A DNA stretch of 64,000 bases from Octopus sinensis (taxonomy: Eukaryota). The notes below the pieces were generated by a model that made no database searches, was not told the DNA's origin, and saw only the letters and a program-made list of their open reading frames with translations. Within the stretch, counting starts at the first letter, position 1, and each line of letters begins with the position of its first letter. Below are positions 38,175 through 52,084 of this stretch, one piece after another. The stretch is from contig NC_042997.1 of NCBI RefSeq assembly GCF_006345805.1, positions 143,840,001 to 143,904,000 of the forward strand, written 5' to 3'. Both the position numbers and the translations under genes were made by a program.

Positions 38175-38264
38175 ATTATATATATATCAGAAGTGTGCAA
38201 TAATCGTGATTGTGAATAATTTGGATTTTGTCTGCAATATATGTATTTTTAGATTCATTACTGT

Positions 38265-38299
<35 letters not shown>

Positions 38300-38799
38300 A
38301 TATACATATATATTATCTTTAAATCGTTTACTTGTTTCAATCATTTGACTGCGGCGATGCTTGGGCACCATCCTGAAGGGTTTTAGTCGAACGAATCGAC
38401 TCCAGGACTAATTTTTATTAGTTCTTCTGCCGAACCGCTAATTTACGGGGACGTAAACACACCAATACCGGATGTCAAGTGGTGTTGGGAGACAAACACG
38501 GGCACAATCACACACACACACACGCACGCGCACACATAAATATATATAGTTGGGAAGCAAGCTTCTTTATTTCATTACATTTGCCATAAAGGCATAATAC
38601 AGATGAAGCTTTGCGGGCCGGACACAGAGACAACGATGATGATGGAATGATAAAAGAGATGGTTGGTGGGGGAAGAAATTAACGCCTGCCGATTGTTACT
38701 TCTCGATAACATTGTTCTTTTTTAAAAAACACAAATGAGGTATTGAACCTCTTACAATAATTACAAATTGAGGCGCTGAGCCTCTTATCAATCAAAAAC

Positions 38800-39900
38800 G
38801 TTCAGAAAATATTCAACTAAGACCTCTTACTCTGCCTCTCCGATTACGTCTCTTGCCGCCTGCAGGCAATCCTGCAGTCACAAACCGGGGTCCCAAAAAA
38901 GATAATTATATTCTTCCTTAGTAAAGGAACCCATCGCCCTATAGAAGTAGTTTTCCTCCACGACCTTCGCAGCTACCTGTGGAGGCCAATCCGGGCTATC
39001 AATGCAGATCAAGACAGCCTGTTCCCGACCTTCAAGATTCCTCACAAAGTTCTCTACGGCCCCTCCATCAAGAAAGATCACAAATTCCTCGATTATTACA
39101 CTGGGAGGAGCCACAGTTTCCTCCGTCGGTGGCACAATTCCCACCGACGAGGTTTCGGGACATGCCGGCAGTGTATTGCTAACCGCTAGCATTGTTCCAT
39201 TCTTTTTCTTCTTGTTTCTTGTCTTTGATACGGGAGGGGGTGGTTCCTTCGCTTTAACTGGGGGATCATCGGTCCCTCCCGCAGCTTTAGGGTCCTTCGG
39301 TGAGTAACCATTTTGCCCACCTTCTTCCTCCCCTCCCCCCTTTCCGGGGAGGTCTCTACCTCCCTGACTACCTCCATCTCTCCCTCCGGAGGAGGAGGGA
39401 TCTCTTTCACAACCAACTGTTCCAGGACCCTACTCTGGTCCTGGGGACACTTCTTTTTGATGCGGCTCGGTTCCAGGAACTAGTGACACTTGGGAGAGGG
39501 GGTCCCTCAAGAATCACCGGGTACCTGCAACCGGTCATTTTCAAAAAATCTGAAATAACCAGATTCTTGGCTGATTGGGTCCACAGGGTCAAAACAGCTT
39601 TTGACCCAGCCCAATCAGCCGCCGGCAAAATTTTAACATTAAGTAGCTTGGATCCGTTGCTACCCAGACCCCGACGGATAGTGTCCTCTATCCACTCGGT
39701 TTCTATCCCGGGTGGCAACTCGTAGACCCAAGGGCACGAAACAGTCACAAAAATAGCACAATTTTAGGAGGAATACGCCCCCAAAACACACTTCTCACCG
39801 TTAAGTGAGACTTTAATCACAACCGCAGGCAGACAAATGCATGGAACTCAGTGGAGATTTCTTGTTCGACAAAAATAAATAAACACGAGAAACAACCCCC
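38800..39900 (-). pseudogene. Decayed gag-like ORF1 of an L1/Tx1-type LINE
   Basis: ORFs 39407-39748, 39186-39416 and 38878-39192 are adjacent and Pro/charge-rich. After VILEG a shifted frame gives C-H-*-F-LEPS-R-IKKK-C (39488-39447), the spacing of a CX2CX4HX4C knuckle. Confidence 0.55.
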
Positions 39901-41364
39901 CCACTGAATCCCAAAAAACAAATGTCTTACCTTGTAGTTGTGCTACATACGTTCAACAAGTCACGACGTTGGTGTACAGCGACGTGACTCCAGCAGTGAA
40001 GAAAAATACGTCCAAACATTAGTGAGGGAAGTAAGCTTCTTACCACACAACCACGCCTGCGCCTATATGTGTGTGTATACCTGCGCACGCGCGTGCGTGT
40101 TTGTGTTTGATCCCTGCTAGAGATTGACGACCGGTTCGGCATAATATAACCGAATAAAAAAAGAATTTGGCTCAAAAAAATAAGTGGTATGAACAATAAA
40201 GAGAACCGAATCACAGTCACTGAGGAGCTGTTGTTTTTATATTTCGGATGATGTTCAAAGCATCCCACTAGGTCAGATCATCTTTGCGCGATCTCCCTCC
40301 GCGCCCAAAAAGCCTGTTACAGCCGCTCTGACAACAGAGATGTTAATTGTCATTTTGCATTGAAAAGACGTCGTTTCTCTTGATCGACGTGGGCAAACGA
40401 TCAAAACAGCGTTTTTAGATGTCGTGCAGCGCTTTGAGAGAGGAACTGCGAAGCAGCTTGGGTCATGGACAAATAAAAGATGGGTGTATACGCGTCATTC
40501 TTTAACTGTGGAAAAAACATAACACTCGTCTCCGATCACCCTACTCTCCGGATTTTTCCTCGGTAGACTTTTTTTTGTGTGCTTGTTTTCAACGTTATGA
40601 AGAAATGTTGCTACTTCTGAAAAAGTTTTCCATGACGCATTCTGGAACTGGAATCAAAAGCAAAAATTTAGAAAGAAAAAAAAAACATTTCGCCAGTTGC
40701 GAGAGGGGTTGCAACAGAAGAGGGTACTATTTTCAAAGAAAGCTGATTACTGCTTATGTAAAGCAATAATTTTGAATTTTGCTATAATAAAGTTCAATAT
40801 AAGAAACATCTATCATGTTCGAAAAGAAATTAAAAATAGACATAACACACGTTTGGTTTCGTAAAAACCTTTCAAATAGTAGACGAGCAGACAAGCGAGT
40901 AGACGACAGGCCTGCGTTTACGAAACTAGATACAGTGACAAAATATACTAACTTAATTAGCAAGCACTATTAAGTTATAAGCTGTGAAGTGTTGTCACGC
41001 CATAAATCTTAGCAAGGTTTTGAAGAAGACTCAGGTAGACATAAATTATCTACAAGAGACTTCTTCAGACAGATAGAACTTAGGTTTATACAACTTCAAT
41101 GATTATAAACAGCCGACATCAGTGAGAAGGAAACCTACAACGCCATCAAAACAAGATGGAAACATCAAACTATAAACATCAATCAACACACTATGACTGC
41201 TGCCTCCAGTTTTACATTAACACTCACTACTACTACTACTACTACTACTACATTGGCCACCACAAACGTCACCACTGTCACCAATACTCTAGCCACCATA
41301 GTAGCCTCTACGCGGCCATTTGACCATCTAGAAATAGCAGCCCAAATCTCCATACGCTACCTGC

Positions 41365-41468
<104 letters not shown>

Positions 41469-41522
41469 GTTTGTGTTGTATGTGTGAGTGCGTACATTCG
41501 TGTGTGTGTGTATATATATATT

Positions 41523-42805
41523 TTGGGTCATCCCATAAATAATGCGGTTTTTATATACTTCTTCCATTTTTCAAAATTAAGATAAACAAAGATATTTTTT
41601 AATGTAAAAATATACTCTCCTTCATGTCCTACAATGCTCTTCCATCTATCTGGGAGACTTGCAGGGCTCCTCTTCCAAAATTCACTTGTCCATAACGAAA
41701 AATACTCCTCCAGTACTGTTCTGACCTCGTCTACAGAATTTATATTTTTTTCTGTCAAAATGATTTTAAAGACTGCGGAATAAATGATGATCAGGTGGGG
41801 TAATGTTTGGCGAATATGGTAGGTGGGGCATCGTTTACCCTTCAAAATCCTCCAGCCTTTCGAATGTTATCCTCGCTGTATGTGGTCGAGCATTATCCAG
41901 ATGGAAGAGCATCTTTCGTCTTGAAAGCAATGATGGTTGTTTTACTTCTAGCGCTGACTTAAGCCGCTCAAGCTGCTCGCAGCAGATCTCGTTTGTTATC
42001 GTTTGGATTGGGTATAAAATTTCAAAGTGGACTAAACGTTTCATATCCTACCAAACAAATAACAACACTTTACGTGGCTGAAGAAATTTATCCTGTGGTG
42101 CTGGAGTTTCTCCTTTCCCTACCCACTGTCTTCGGCGCTCGACATTCATATAGAGGTCCTATTTCTCGTCACAAGCCATTATTCGGTCCAAAAAAAGTTT
42201 ATTCGTACGACGTGACAGCAAAGAAGAGCACACATTCATTCTCTGCGCACGATTAGACTGGGAAAGTTTGTGAAGAGCCCATTGACCCAATTTGCTGACT
42301 TCTCCGATAGCAAGCAGGTATCGATGAATGGTTGAATGACAAAATCCATGCTTCTCTGCTAGTTCCTCAACAGTTACGATGGCATTGTATTTATTCCACC
42401 AGGGTTTGCAGAAGGTCTTCGTCGAGTTCTACAGATCTTCCAGGACAAGGCTCGTCTTCTAGGCTGTAGTTTCCGGCTTGGAATTTCTGAACCACCGTTG
42501 ACACTAGCTTACGCTTATTGTCTAATCCCTATATACTCCATTAATATTCCTCGCACTTTCCTTGGCGTTGTTGCGTTTATTGAACTGATAAAGCAAAATA
42601 TGCCGAATATGCTCCTTTTCACTTCCATTATTCCTTTGAAAAAATAACTGTTAAAATCGAACTGCACTCTTCAGAACTTGTACTTAGAATAAGTACATGG
42701 TAAAATTACTACTAGTTTTTAAAGCAAGTTGATGCAGGTAGTTTATCCCGCCCACCTCCGACTTTTAGTTTATGCAATAGAAAAAACCTGCATTATTTAT
42801 GGGAT

Positions 42806-42810
<5 letters not shown>
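41523..42810 (-). mobile_element. Mariner element, full length, degenerate transposase
   Basis: TIRs GTCATCCCATAAATAATGC at both ends; motifs FHLDNARPHT and NSVDEVRTVLEEYF...LPDRW. Same family as 3038-3612. Confidence 0.9.
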
Positions 42811-42844
<34 letters not shown>

Positions 42845-42859
42845 TCTTTCCTACACAAC

Positions 42860-43008
42860 GCCGAAAAGTTTGAGGGAGGGTGCCAATCGATTAGATGACG
42901 TCCAGTATGCGACCTTCGGCAGAAATTGAACTCAGAGCATAAAGACAGACGACGTATAGCTAAGCATTTCGCCTGCGTGCTAACGTTTCTGCCAGCTCGC
43001 CGCCTTAA
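42860..43008 (-). mobile_element. Second SINE family, internally deleted copy
   Basis: GCTAACGTTTCTGCCAGCTCGCCGCC head plus tail sequence. Confidence 0.7.
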
Positions 43009-43048
43009 ATAGATATATATAATATATATATATATATAGATATTTTCT

Positions 43049-43153
<105 letters not shown>

Positions 43154-43175
43154 GATATATTATATTATATATATA

Positions 43176-43266
<91 letters not shown>

Positions 43267-43953
43267 TATAATATATTATATATATTATATATATATATAT
43301 TATATAGATATATATATATATATATATATATTATATAATATATATATATTATATATATTATATATATATATGTATATATATATTATATATATATAATGTA
43401 TATATAGTATGTAATATATATATATATATATATATATGATATATATTTATATATATATATCTATATATAATATATATTGTATATATATATATCTATATAG
43501 ATATATATATATATATTATTATATATATATATTATATATATATAATATATATATAATGTATATATTATATATATAGATATATATATATATATATATTGTA
43601 TATATATTATTATATATTTATATATATAAATATTACTATATATATATATTATTTAATATATGTATATAGATATTATAATATATATATATGTATATATCTA
43701 TATATTAATATCTATATATATATGTATATATATATATAATATATATATTATATATATATATATATAATATATTATATATATATATATATATATTATAATA
43801 TATATGTATATTATATATATGTGTATATATATATGTATATATATATTATATATATATATGTATATATATATATATGTGTTATATAAATTATATTCTATAT
43901 GTAATATATATCTGTATATATATATAGGTATATCTAGATATTATATATATATT

Positions 43954-44089
43954 AATCAGCCGAAATTGCTAGATGATCTGGTTCTTGACTGATGACTGAG
44001 GGCTCGAATGTCCCGTCCTGTGGTTCTGTGTCGTCTCTGTGGGTGTTTCATGTTCTTGTCCATGTCTGTATTTAATTTACTGTTTACCA
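43954..44089 (+). repeat. (TA)n-embedded dispersed repeat, family shared with 9450-9610
   Basis: AATCAGCCGAAATTGCTAGATGATCTGG...GACTGATGA...CGAATGTCCCGTCCT. Confidence 0.75.
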
Positions 44090-44209
44090 TATATATATTA
44101 TCTATATATTATATATATATATATATATATTATATATAGATAATATATATATATATATAGATAAAATCTATAATATATAATATATATATATATATATAAT
44201 ATATATATA

Positions 44210-44244
<35 letters not shown>

Positions 44245-44300
44245 GATATTATATATATATATATATATATCTATATATATTATATATATATTATATATAT

Positions 44301-44620
44301 GGCTCAGTTTAGAACAGCGTCGACGCTTACGATCGTGAGGTTGTGAGCTCGAATCCCGGACCGGGATCGTGTTGTGTTCTTGAGCAAGACACTTTATCTC
44401 ACGTTGCTCCATTTCACTCAGCTGTAGAAATAGTTGGCGACGTCACAGGTGCCAAGCTGTATCGGCCCTTGCCTTTCCCTTTTACAACATCGGTGACGTG
44501 GAGAGGGAGGCCTATCATGGGCGACTGCTGGCTTCCATAAAAAAAAACCCTTGCCAGACTTGTGCCTCAAGGTACTCTCTAGTCAAACCCATGGTCAGTG
44601 TCTGACCGAGGGGGTCACCA
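44301..44620 (+). mobile_element. tRNA-derived SINE inserted in (TA)n
   Basis: GGCTCAGT...GAGCTCGAATCCC head, followed by TGTTCTTGAGCAAGACACTTTA as in 47208-47528. Confidence 0.8.
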
Positions 44621-44661
<41 letters not shown>

Positions 44662-44864
44662 TATCTATATATATTGTCGTGAAATTGAATTAGAAGAAAT
44701 GCATTAGGACTATAATTTCATTACAATCACAGCAGATGTAGACGTATGCGTGCGTGTTATATATATATATTTAGTATATGTTGTAAATATATATATATAT
44801 ATATATATTAGTATAGTGTAACTATATATATATATATATATATATAGTTTAGTATATGTGTAAC

Positions 44865-44895
<31 letters not shown>

Positions 44896-45946
44896 ATGTA
44901 TATCATCTATATATATATCTATCTTGGTGTGTGTATGTATATATATATATATCTATATATATCTATTTAGTATCTGTGTACTATATAATATCTATATAGA
45001 TATATATATATATATATCTATATATGTGTATGTATATATATATATATATATATATGTGTATGTATCTATTATATATATGTGTATGTATATATTATATATA
45101 GATATACTATAATATGTGTGTCTGTATATATATTATCTATATATTATATATAGATATATATATATATTTACACATATACTACATATACTATACTAACACG
45201 CACGCATACGTATACACATCTGCTGTGTGATTGTAATGAAATTATAGTCCTAATGCATTTCTTCTAATTTCAATTTCACGACAATGACAGCGTTTTCAGT
45301 CATTCGTGTTTGGTTTGCGCTTTTGCTTAGTTGATGTATTTCATCTTGTTAATTTGAATAATTGTTTGTGCGAAACGTCACGATGCCGCGACGTTTGCGT
45401 TGACAGGAAATAGTAAGATTGATTCCATTGAAAGAAACTTTAAGGCCATCACTGATGATCATTGATATGTTTTCGTTGAGAATCCATGCCAAGAACGAGA
45501 GTCACGCTCGTAAACAAGTGGCTTTGAAGAAAATGTAACAATGTAATAATGCGTGGCGGGAGAGGAGAAACAAAAATGGAAAAAAGAACAGAATAGAAAA
45601 AAAAAGCAATAGTATAAAAATATCAAAACAGAATTAATAAAGAGAAAAGGACAATTAAAGAAAACAAAAAAGGAAAGAAAAAATGACAATCTCGTGAGGT
45701 TTACAGACGAGACTAGAAAAACTAGACAGGTAGTAAAAAGTAAAACTTACAGAGTCCGATAAAAGACCGATAAACAGAAACAGCATACACGCGCGTGCGT
45801 GCACACACGAGTGTTTATGTAAGTATATGTGTGTGTATGTGTGTGTGTGTGTGTGTATGTGTGTATGTATGTGTGTGTGTGTGTGTGTGTATACTTATGT
45901 GTGTATATGTATACATGAACATATACTGTTCTAAGCATACGTATAC

Positions 45947-45974
<28 letters not shown>

Positions 45975-46013
<39 letters not shown>

Positions 46014-46580
46014 GAGAGAGTGAGAGGAAGAGAGAGAGGAAGAGAGAGAGAGAGGAAGAGAGAGAGGAAGAGAGAGAGAGAGGAAGAGAGAGAGTGAGAA
46101 ACTAAAGAAGAGGGGGAGTAGGAGAGGGAGAGAGAGAGAGCCGCACGATATAGGTGTTTGCATATGCAGAGAGAGAGAGAGAAGGGAATGGGAAAAGAAA
46201 GATAAAGGTGGAGATAAACGGAGGGAGAATGAAATTCAGTGTTAGAATATATATATAATTCATAGAAGGGAAGACAGGGTGAGAGAGTAAGAGGTAGATA
46301 GATAGAGAGAGAAAGAGACAGACAGAAAGAGAGGAGGAGGAGGAGGAGGGAAAGAGACGGACAGAAAAGAGGGGGGAGAAGAAAGAGAAAGAGACAGACA
46401 GAAAGGGAGAGGGAGAAGGAAAGAAAGCAGAAGAGAGGGGAGAGGAAGAAAGAATACGTGAGAGAAAGAGTGCGAGAGAATATAAGAGAAGGAAAGAGAA
46501 TGCGTGAGAGTCGGAGAGAGAGAGAGAGAGATAGAGATAGATAGAGAGAGAGAGAAAGATAGAGAGAGAGATAGAGAAAG
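45975..46580. repeat. (GA)n and degenerate polypurine tract
   Basis: Directly visible. Confidence 0.9.
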
Positions 46581-47060
46581 AAACCTCGAATACTGATTGG
46601 CCAATTGTTTCTGTATAATTAATTCTATATAAGGAAGTTTTTCAAGATTGGTAGAGAAAAGTGGATTTGAGATAAATAGAAGAATAAAAAGCAAAATAAA
46701 AATATAATTAAAAAAATGAAGAAAAGAGGTGAGAGAATGTAAAGTAGGTGGAGAGAGGAGAAAGAAACTGAAGAATAAGCGTGTTAGTGAATGGCCGATG
46801 AAAATATTCTAATATACTCACAATGTAAGCGCAGGTGTGGCTGTGTGATAAGAAGTTTGCTTCCCATTCACGTGATTCTGGGTTCAGCCCCATTTCATGG
46901 TACCCTGGGCAAGAGTCTTCTAGAACAGCCCCGGTCTGGGGCTATACTAGAAGCCATGCAAGCAAATGTTTGTTGCGCCTTGTTGTGATTTGGTAGAGCG
47001 AAACTGAAAGAATCCCAGCGTATATGTATGTGTGTGTGTGTGTATATTCATTATTTATAA

Positions 47061-47091
<31 letters not shown>

Positions 47092-47136
47092 GGCATGCAT
47101 GCATGTATGTATGTATGTATGTATGTATGTAATTAT

Positions 47137-47207
<71 letters not shown>

Positions 47208-47210
<3 letters not shown>

Positions 47211-47528
47211 GACTCCGCCGGTTACGACGACGAGGGTCCCAGCTGATACGATCACGGAACAGCTTGCTCGTGAATTAACGTGCAAATGGCTGAGCATTCC
47301 ACAGACACGTGTACCCTTAACGTAGTTCTCGGGGATAATCAGCGTGACACAGAGAGTGACAAGGCTGACCCTTTGAAATACAAGTACAACTCATTTTTGC
47401 CAGCTGAGTGGACTGGAGCAACGTGAAATAAAGTGTCTTGCTCAAGGACACAACGCGTCGCCGGGAATCGAACTCACAACCTTACGATCATGAGCCGAAT
47501 GCCCTAACCACTAAGCCACGCGCCCTCA
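47208..47528 (-). mobile_element. tRNA-derived SINE, full length
   Basis: Minus strand has the A box TGGCTTAGTGG, the B box GTTCGATTC and then TGTGTCCTTGAGCAAGACACTTTA; flanked by (TA)n. Confidence 0.9.
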
Positions 47529-48070
47529 TATATATATACATATACATGTATGTATGTATGTATGTATGTATGTATGTATGTATGTATGCATGTATGTATG
47601 TATGAATGTGAGTGTGTGTCCTTGTGTTTCCTCCACCACCGCTCGACGAGTTGTGTTGGTGCGTTTATGTCCCCGTAACTTCGCGGTTCGGCAAAAGAGG
47701 TCGATTGAGTAAGTATCAGACTTGAAAAAAATGTGCTGGGTTCGATTTGTTCCACTAAAATTCTTCAAGGCGGTGCCCCAGCAGGGCCGCAGTCTAATGA
47801 GTGAAACAAGTAAGAAATAAAAGATAAAGATAAAAGATATGGCTGAAGGAAAATATCTTATGGGGAGAGTTCCGCATACTAATGATGAATATGGTAGGGT
47901 TTCGCAATTTTGAGGGAAGAATACGTCGATTTATTTCCATTATGCATTTTGTCCGGACTACTATCGACTCGGTCAGTTCACCGCCCTCGCATCTGTAATA
48001 TAAATGAGATGATAAACTTCATTCAACCGAGATTACACGCACACACTCACAAACTCTCTCTCTCTCTTTG

Positions 48071-48107
<37 letters not shown>

Positions 48108-50529
48108 TGCGCACGCACGCTCATAAAACGGCCTCTGTCGTTTAAGGTTGACCATGATTCTGCACATGTTTGAGCAGGCTTGGGCAAGGTTTTTGTGGAA
48201 AAAATGTGTTAACAATACAGGTAATCCTCTCCTGCCCATGCGACCGGTGTTTAGCCGAAGGAAAGTTGGTCAACTTAGGCCTTTATGACTTGGCACCAGT
48301 GTCATCGTAGGTGTGCTGTTGATAGAAGGCAAAGAGCCAGAACAGATGCTAAGCACAAGTTATCTTCCCCGTTCCTCTAACAATTCTGCCGGTCCACCGC
48401 TCTGGATTGGTACTCTTCCATCAATCTCCATAAGGATGAGAGGGAAAATTGACGTTGGCAGGATCTGAACTAAGATTGCAAAGTGTCGGACCAAATATGG
48501 TAAGATTATCCATGCAAAGCCCCATCTAGTGGAACTTGTGACTGAAGAACTACAATCAACTAGGGATAAGGTAAATAAGATAAGTTGATAGAAATTTTCA
48601 GATGATATAGATTATGTTGAATGCTGCAAACCTTGAAAGTCAGGTGGTGAGGACGGAGAAATTTCAGCTTAACTAGACTTCATCGAAGAGTACACAACTC
48701 TGTGTTTGTGTGAGAAGGAAGGAAAACAGGTATTTAACCGAAGTCTAGTTTCTTACAGGTGTTAAATTCTTCAGTAAAAAAATGAGGTTTCATCTCATTC
48801 AATTCCACAATAATGCAATTAAAAAAGAAATTACTGCGTGGACGTCTAATTGATAGTCTGTTCTGTGGAGAAGTCTCTTAATTTCCCTCCCCCAACAACA
48901 CAATACAATACATAGTCTTTTTTCGTTTGACACTTAAGTAGTCAGCTAAGCCGTTAGCTTCTCATTGGTCTTTCGATCAACTGTGAATGGCTGGATGAAC
49001 GGACGAAACAATTCTATTATTCTCTGGCGCTGTTTGTCCACAAGAAGCAACCATATTTCTTAGCTTACTTCGGGAAAAATGCCTTGTGGTATTTCTTCTG
49101 ACTCATTATGCTCTGAGTTTAAATTCTACCTCCACACCAAGCTCATTGATAGAGAGGGCAGGGATCTCTTACGTGTGAATAAGGCGCGTCGAGTAAGATT
49201 TGGTGCCTAGCCTCTTTATCATTGATAAGGCTGCAAAAGCAACCTCCCCACCCAATGCTGCTAAGGAAGTTATCAGCTTGGTTGACTACTCTCATTAATG
49301 CCCTCAGGACTTCTTCACAGAACAGACTACCAATTAGGTTCACTGTGCAACAACAATTGTATCCAAACTATTCCTGTTTACAAATTGTTGTTAATTTTGG
49401 CATTAAACAACATTTAAACGTGTTTCTTCCTCGCGTCTGCTTTCTATTTTTGTATTGATATGTTTCTAGGTTCTTTATGAAGGCGGTAACTGTAATGGCC
49501 CCATGTTCCTGTAGCTTGACCATAATTTCAAAATATACACTTACTTCCCTCCATCAGTCTTTGAATTTATCCATGCTTGCATTGACCATCTCCAAATCCT
49601 ATATGAATGCTACAACAAACGAAGGATTAAATTCTATTGGCATCGCACATTAATAATGCGCTTTTTTTTATTATCTATAAAGACGCAAATTTATGTTCCT
49701 CAGGCGCTCTTACTGTCCTTGCTGCATCTTATTCATGGAGAGAAGAGCACTCATCCTATATTTTTTTTATTTCATGTATACGTATTTTATAATTCTTGCA
49801 AGTGTTCTGCTTTTCTTTTGTGACGTATAATCGGTTTTTAAAAATAATTTTCTTGTATTAAATTTAGGTCTTATCACACGCATAAAACCAAAGCATTTGA
49901 AAACAGGTTTTCGCTCAAAGATTCTATATTTTTGTCACGTTGCCATTTTTCATTATATTTTACTGGACAATGCTACTCACGTCTTTGTTGTTGCAAGACG
50001 TATTGGTACACACGTTCAATACTTTTTTCTATATTTTGTGGTGTTATCCGTGTTTAATTTATGTAATTGTCAAAATGTTCAGAATCGTAGTTAACATTAA
50101 ATCAAGACATTAAAAATATTCTCCTCCTACGTAGAAGGAAGGTGGCAACTACCTGTGGCCATCTTAAAACTACTGCTCGAAGCAGAATTAACATAAATAT
50201 TTCTTCTTCTCAAGCAATATTTCTTCTCAAACAATATTTCTACTTCTCAAGATAAAAGTGTGTGAATGAAACACATGCGCGCACATAAACACACATACAC
50301 AAAAGAAAAATAACAGCATTACTACCTTTAAAGTGGAAAGATTTCAACAAGTTTGTTCGAATATTCCTGTTGGAAATGTTTGAAAAATGCAATAAGTCAT
50401 CAGCTTGAAAAAACGTTGGGAAAACTCTACAGTTGTAAATCCGAAAGTGAAAAATGTGAAGCATGTATTGTTGCAGTAAAATGAACAACAGCAGCAACAA
50501 CAACAACAGCAACAACAAGAACAAAAAAT

Positions 50530-50712
50530 TCCTTTCTACTGGATTAAGTCGATCACATCGATCCCAGTCTGTAACTGGTATTTAATTAATTAGTCTCGAA
50601 AGGATGAAAGGCAAAGTCGACCTCGACGGAATTTGAACTCATAACTTGAAGACGGACGAAATGCCGCTACACATCTTTCCTGGAGTGCTAACGGTTCTGC
50701 CAGCTCGCCGCT
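50530..50712 (-). mobile_element. Second SINE family copy
   Basis: GGATGAAAGGCAAAGTCGACCTCG...TCTGCCAGCTCGCCGC on the + strand. Confidence 0.8.
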
Positions 50713-50736
50713 TTAATAATAACAACAACAACAACC

Positions 50737-50769
<33 letters not shown>

Positions 50770-50785
50770 AATAATAATAATAATA

Positions 50786-50818
<33 letters not shown>

Positions 50819-50830
50819 GTAATAATAATA

Positions 50831-51362
50831 ATGCAGTACCAGGCTTTTGATCTTAACTGATTGGAAGTATTATCATGTACATTGTTTTGCCTTGGTGTAA
50901 AAGGTGGGTTACAGCAAATATTCTGCTCAATACCACATATTTGCTTTTTAGTTGGTTGATCTTAAACAGTTGAGTATGTCCTTTAGTGGCTGACAATGTG
51001 TGCCTCTCTGATCATGCGCAGAAGTAGTGGGGGAGCATCATAGTCATGTGTTGAGAGGAATTCTTTGACGTTTGAATTATTCACTTCTGGAAACATTGGT
51101 ATCTTGTTCATCATCCTTAAACAACCCTTATTCAGGGACCTTTTGAGTGGGATGGGCTACTCCACCAGAAGAAAATTCTAACTGGGCCCCACCTGCACGG
51201 TTATGTGCTGTTTATCTTGATATGAGACCACCATGTCGCGCACATATGGCTGTGATGCATGTGCCTGGTGTACCCTTATCAGACAGGTAGCCATGATGGG
51301 TATATTGAGCTTCGTATATTTGTACTCCAGTCTCACTTTGATGGTATGCGCTGCTCTTTCGC
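50831..51362. repeat. About 530-bp dispersed repeat flanked by (TAA)n (second copy)
   Basis: Colinear with 26447-26995. Confidence 0.85.
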
Positions 51363-51423
<61 letters not shown>

Positions 51424-51434
51424 TAATAATGATG

Positions 51435-51468
<34 letters not shown>

Positions 51469-51489
51469 TGATAATAATAATAATAATAA

Positions 51490-51560
<71 letters not shown>

Positions 51561-51566
51561 TAATAA

Positions 51567-51860
51567 ATAGAGGTAACTAGAATGTGGAATCTGAAAACAG
51601 AAACAATTCCTATCATAGTAGGTGTATTAGGCATGATAAAAAAATATTCAGACAAATACATAACAAAAACACCAGGACTTACAAACACATATAACATACA
51701 GAAAATTGCACTACTAGGCACTGCACACATCCTACGCAGAACACTTTCCATACAATAACCATCAGAGCATCACAACAAATCACAACACATACCCAAGGCA
51801 CAGAGAGCTGCGCTCGGTAGTGAAGTGAAAGCACGCTATAAAAATAAAACTACTGAATAA
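51567..51860 (+). mobile_element. 5'-truncated R4/Dong-like non-LTR retrotransposon 3' end in (TAA)n
   Basis: 51567-51758 reads IEVTRMWNLKTETIPIIVGVLGMIKK...IQKIALLGTAHILRRTLSIQ*, the C-terminus of a restriction-like endonuclease domain. A short 3' UTR and (TAA)n follow. Confidence 0.85.
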
Positions 51861-52084
51861 TAATAATAATAATAAATATTATTATCATTATTATCATCAT
51901 CATTATTATTATTAATGTAGTAGTAGTAGTAGTAATTTAGAGAAATACAAACGACAGTAGAGATTTACAGTAACACGTATCAAGAATAAAAGCAATAACA
52001 ATTAATTACAAAAAATTGTAACAAAATTCCCCAATAAGAGAGAGTACCACCATAGATATGCAAGGAACCTCACTAATCCTGGAT

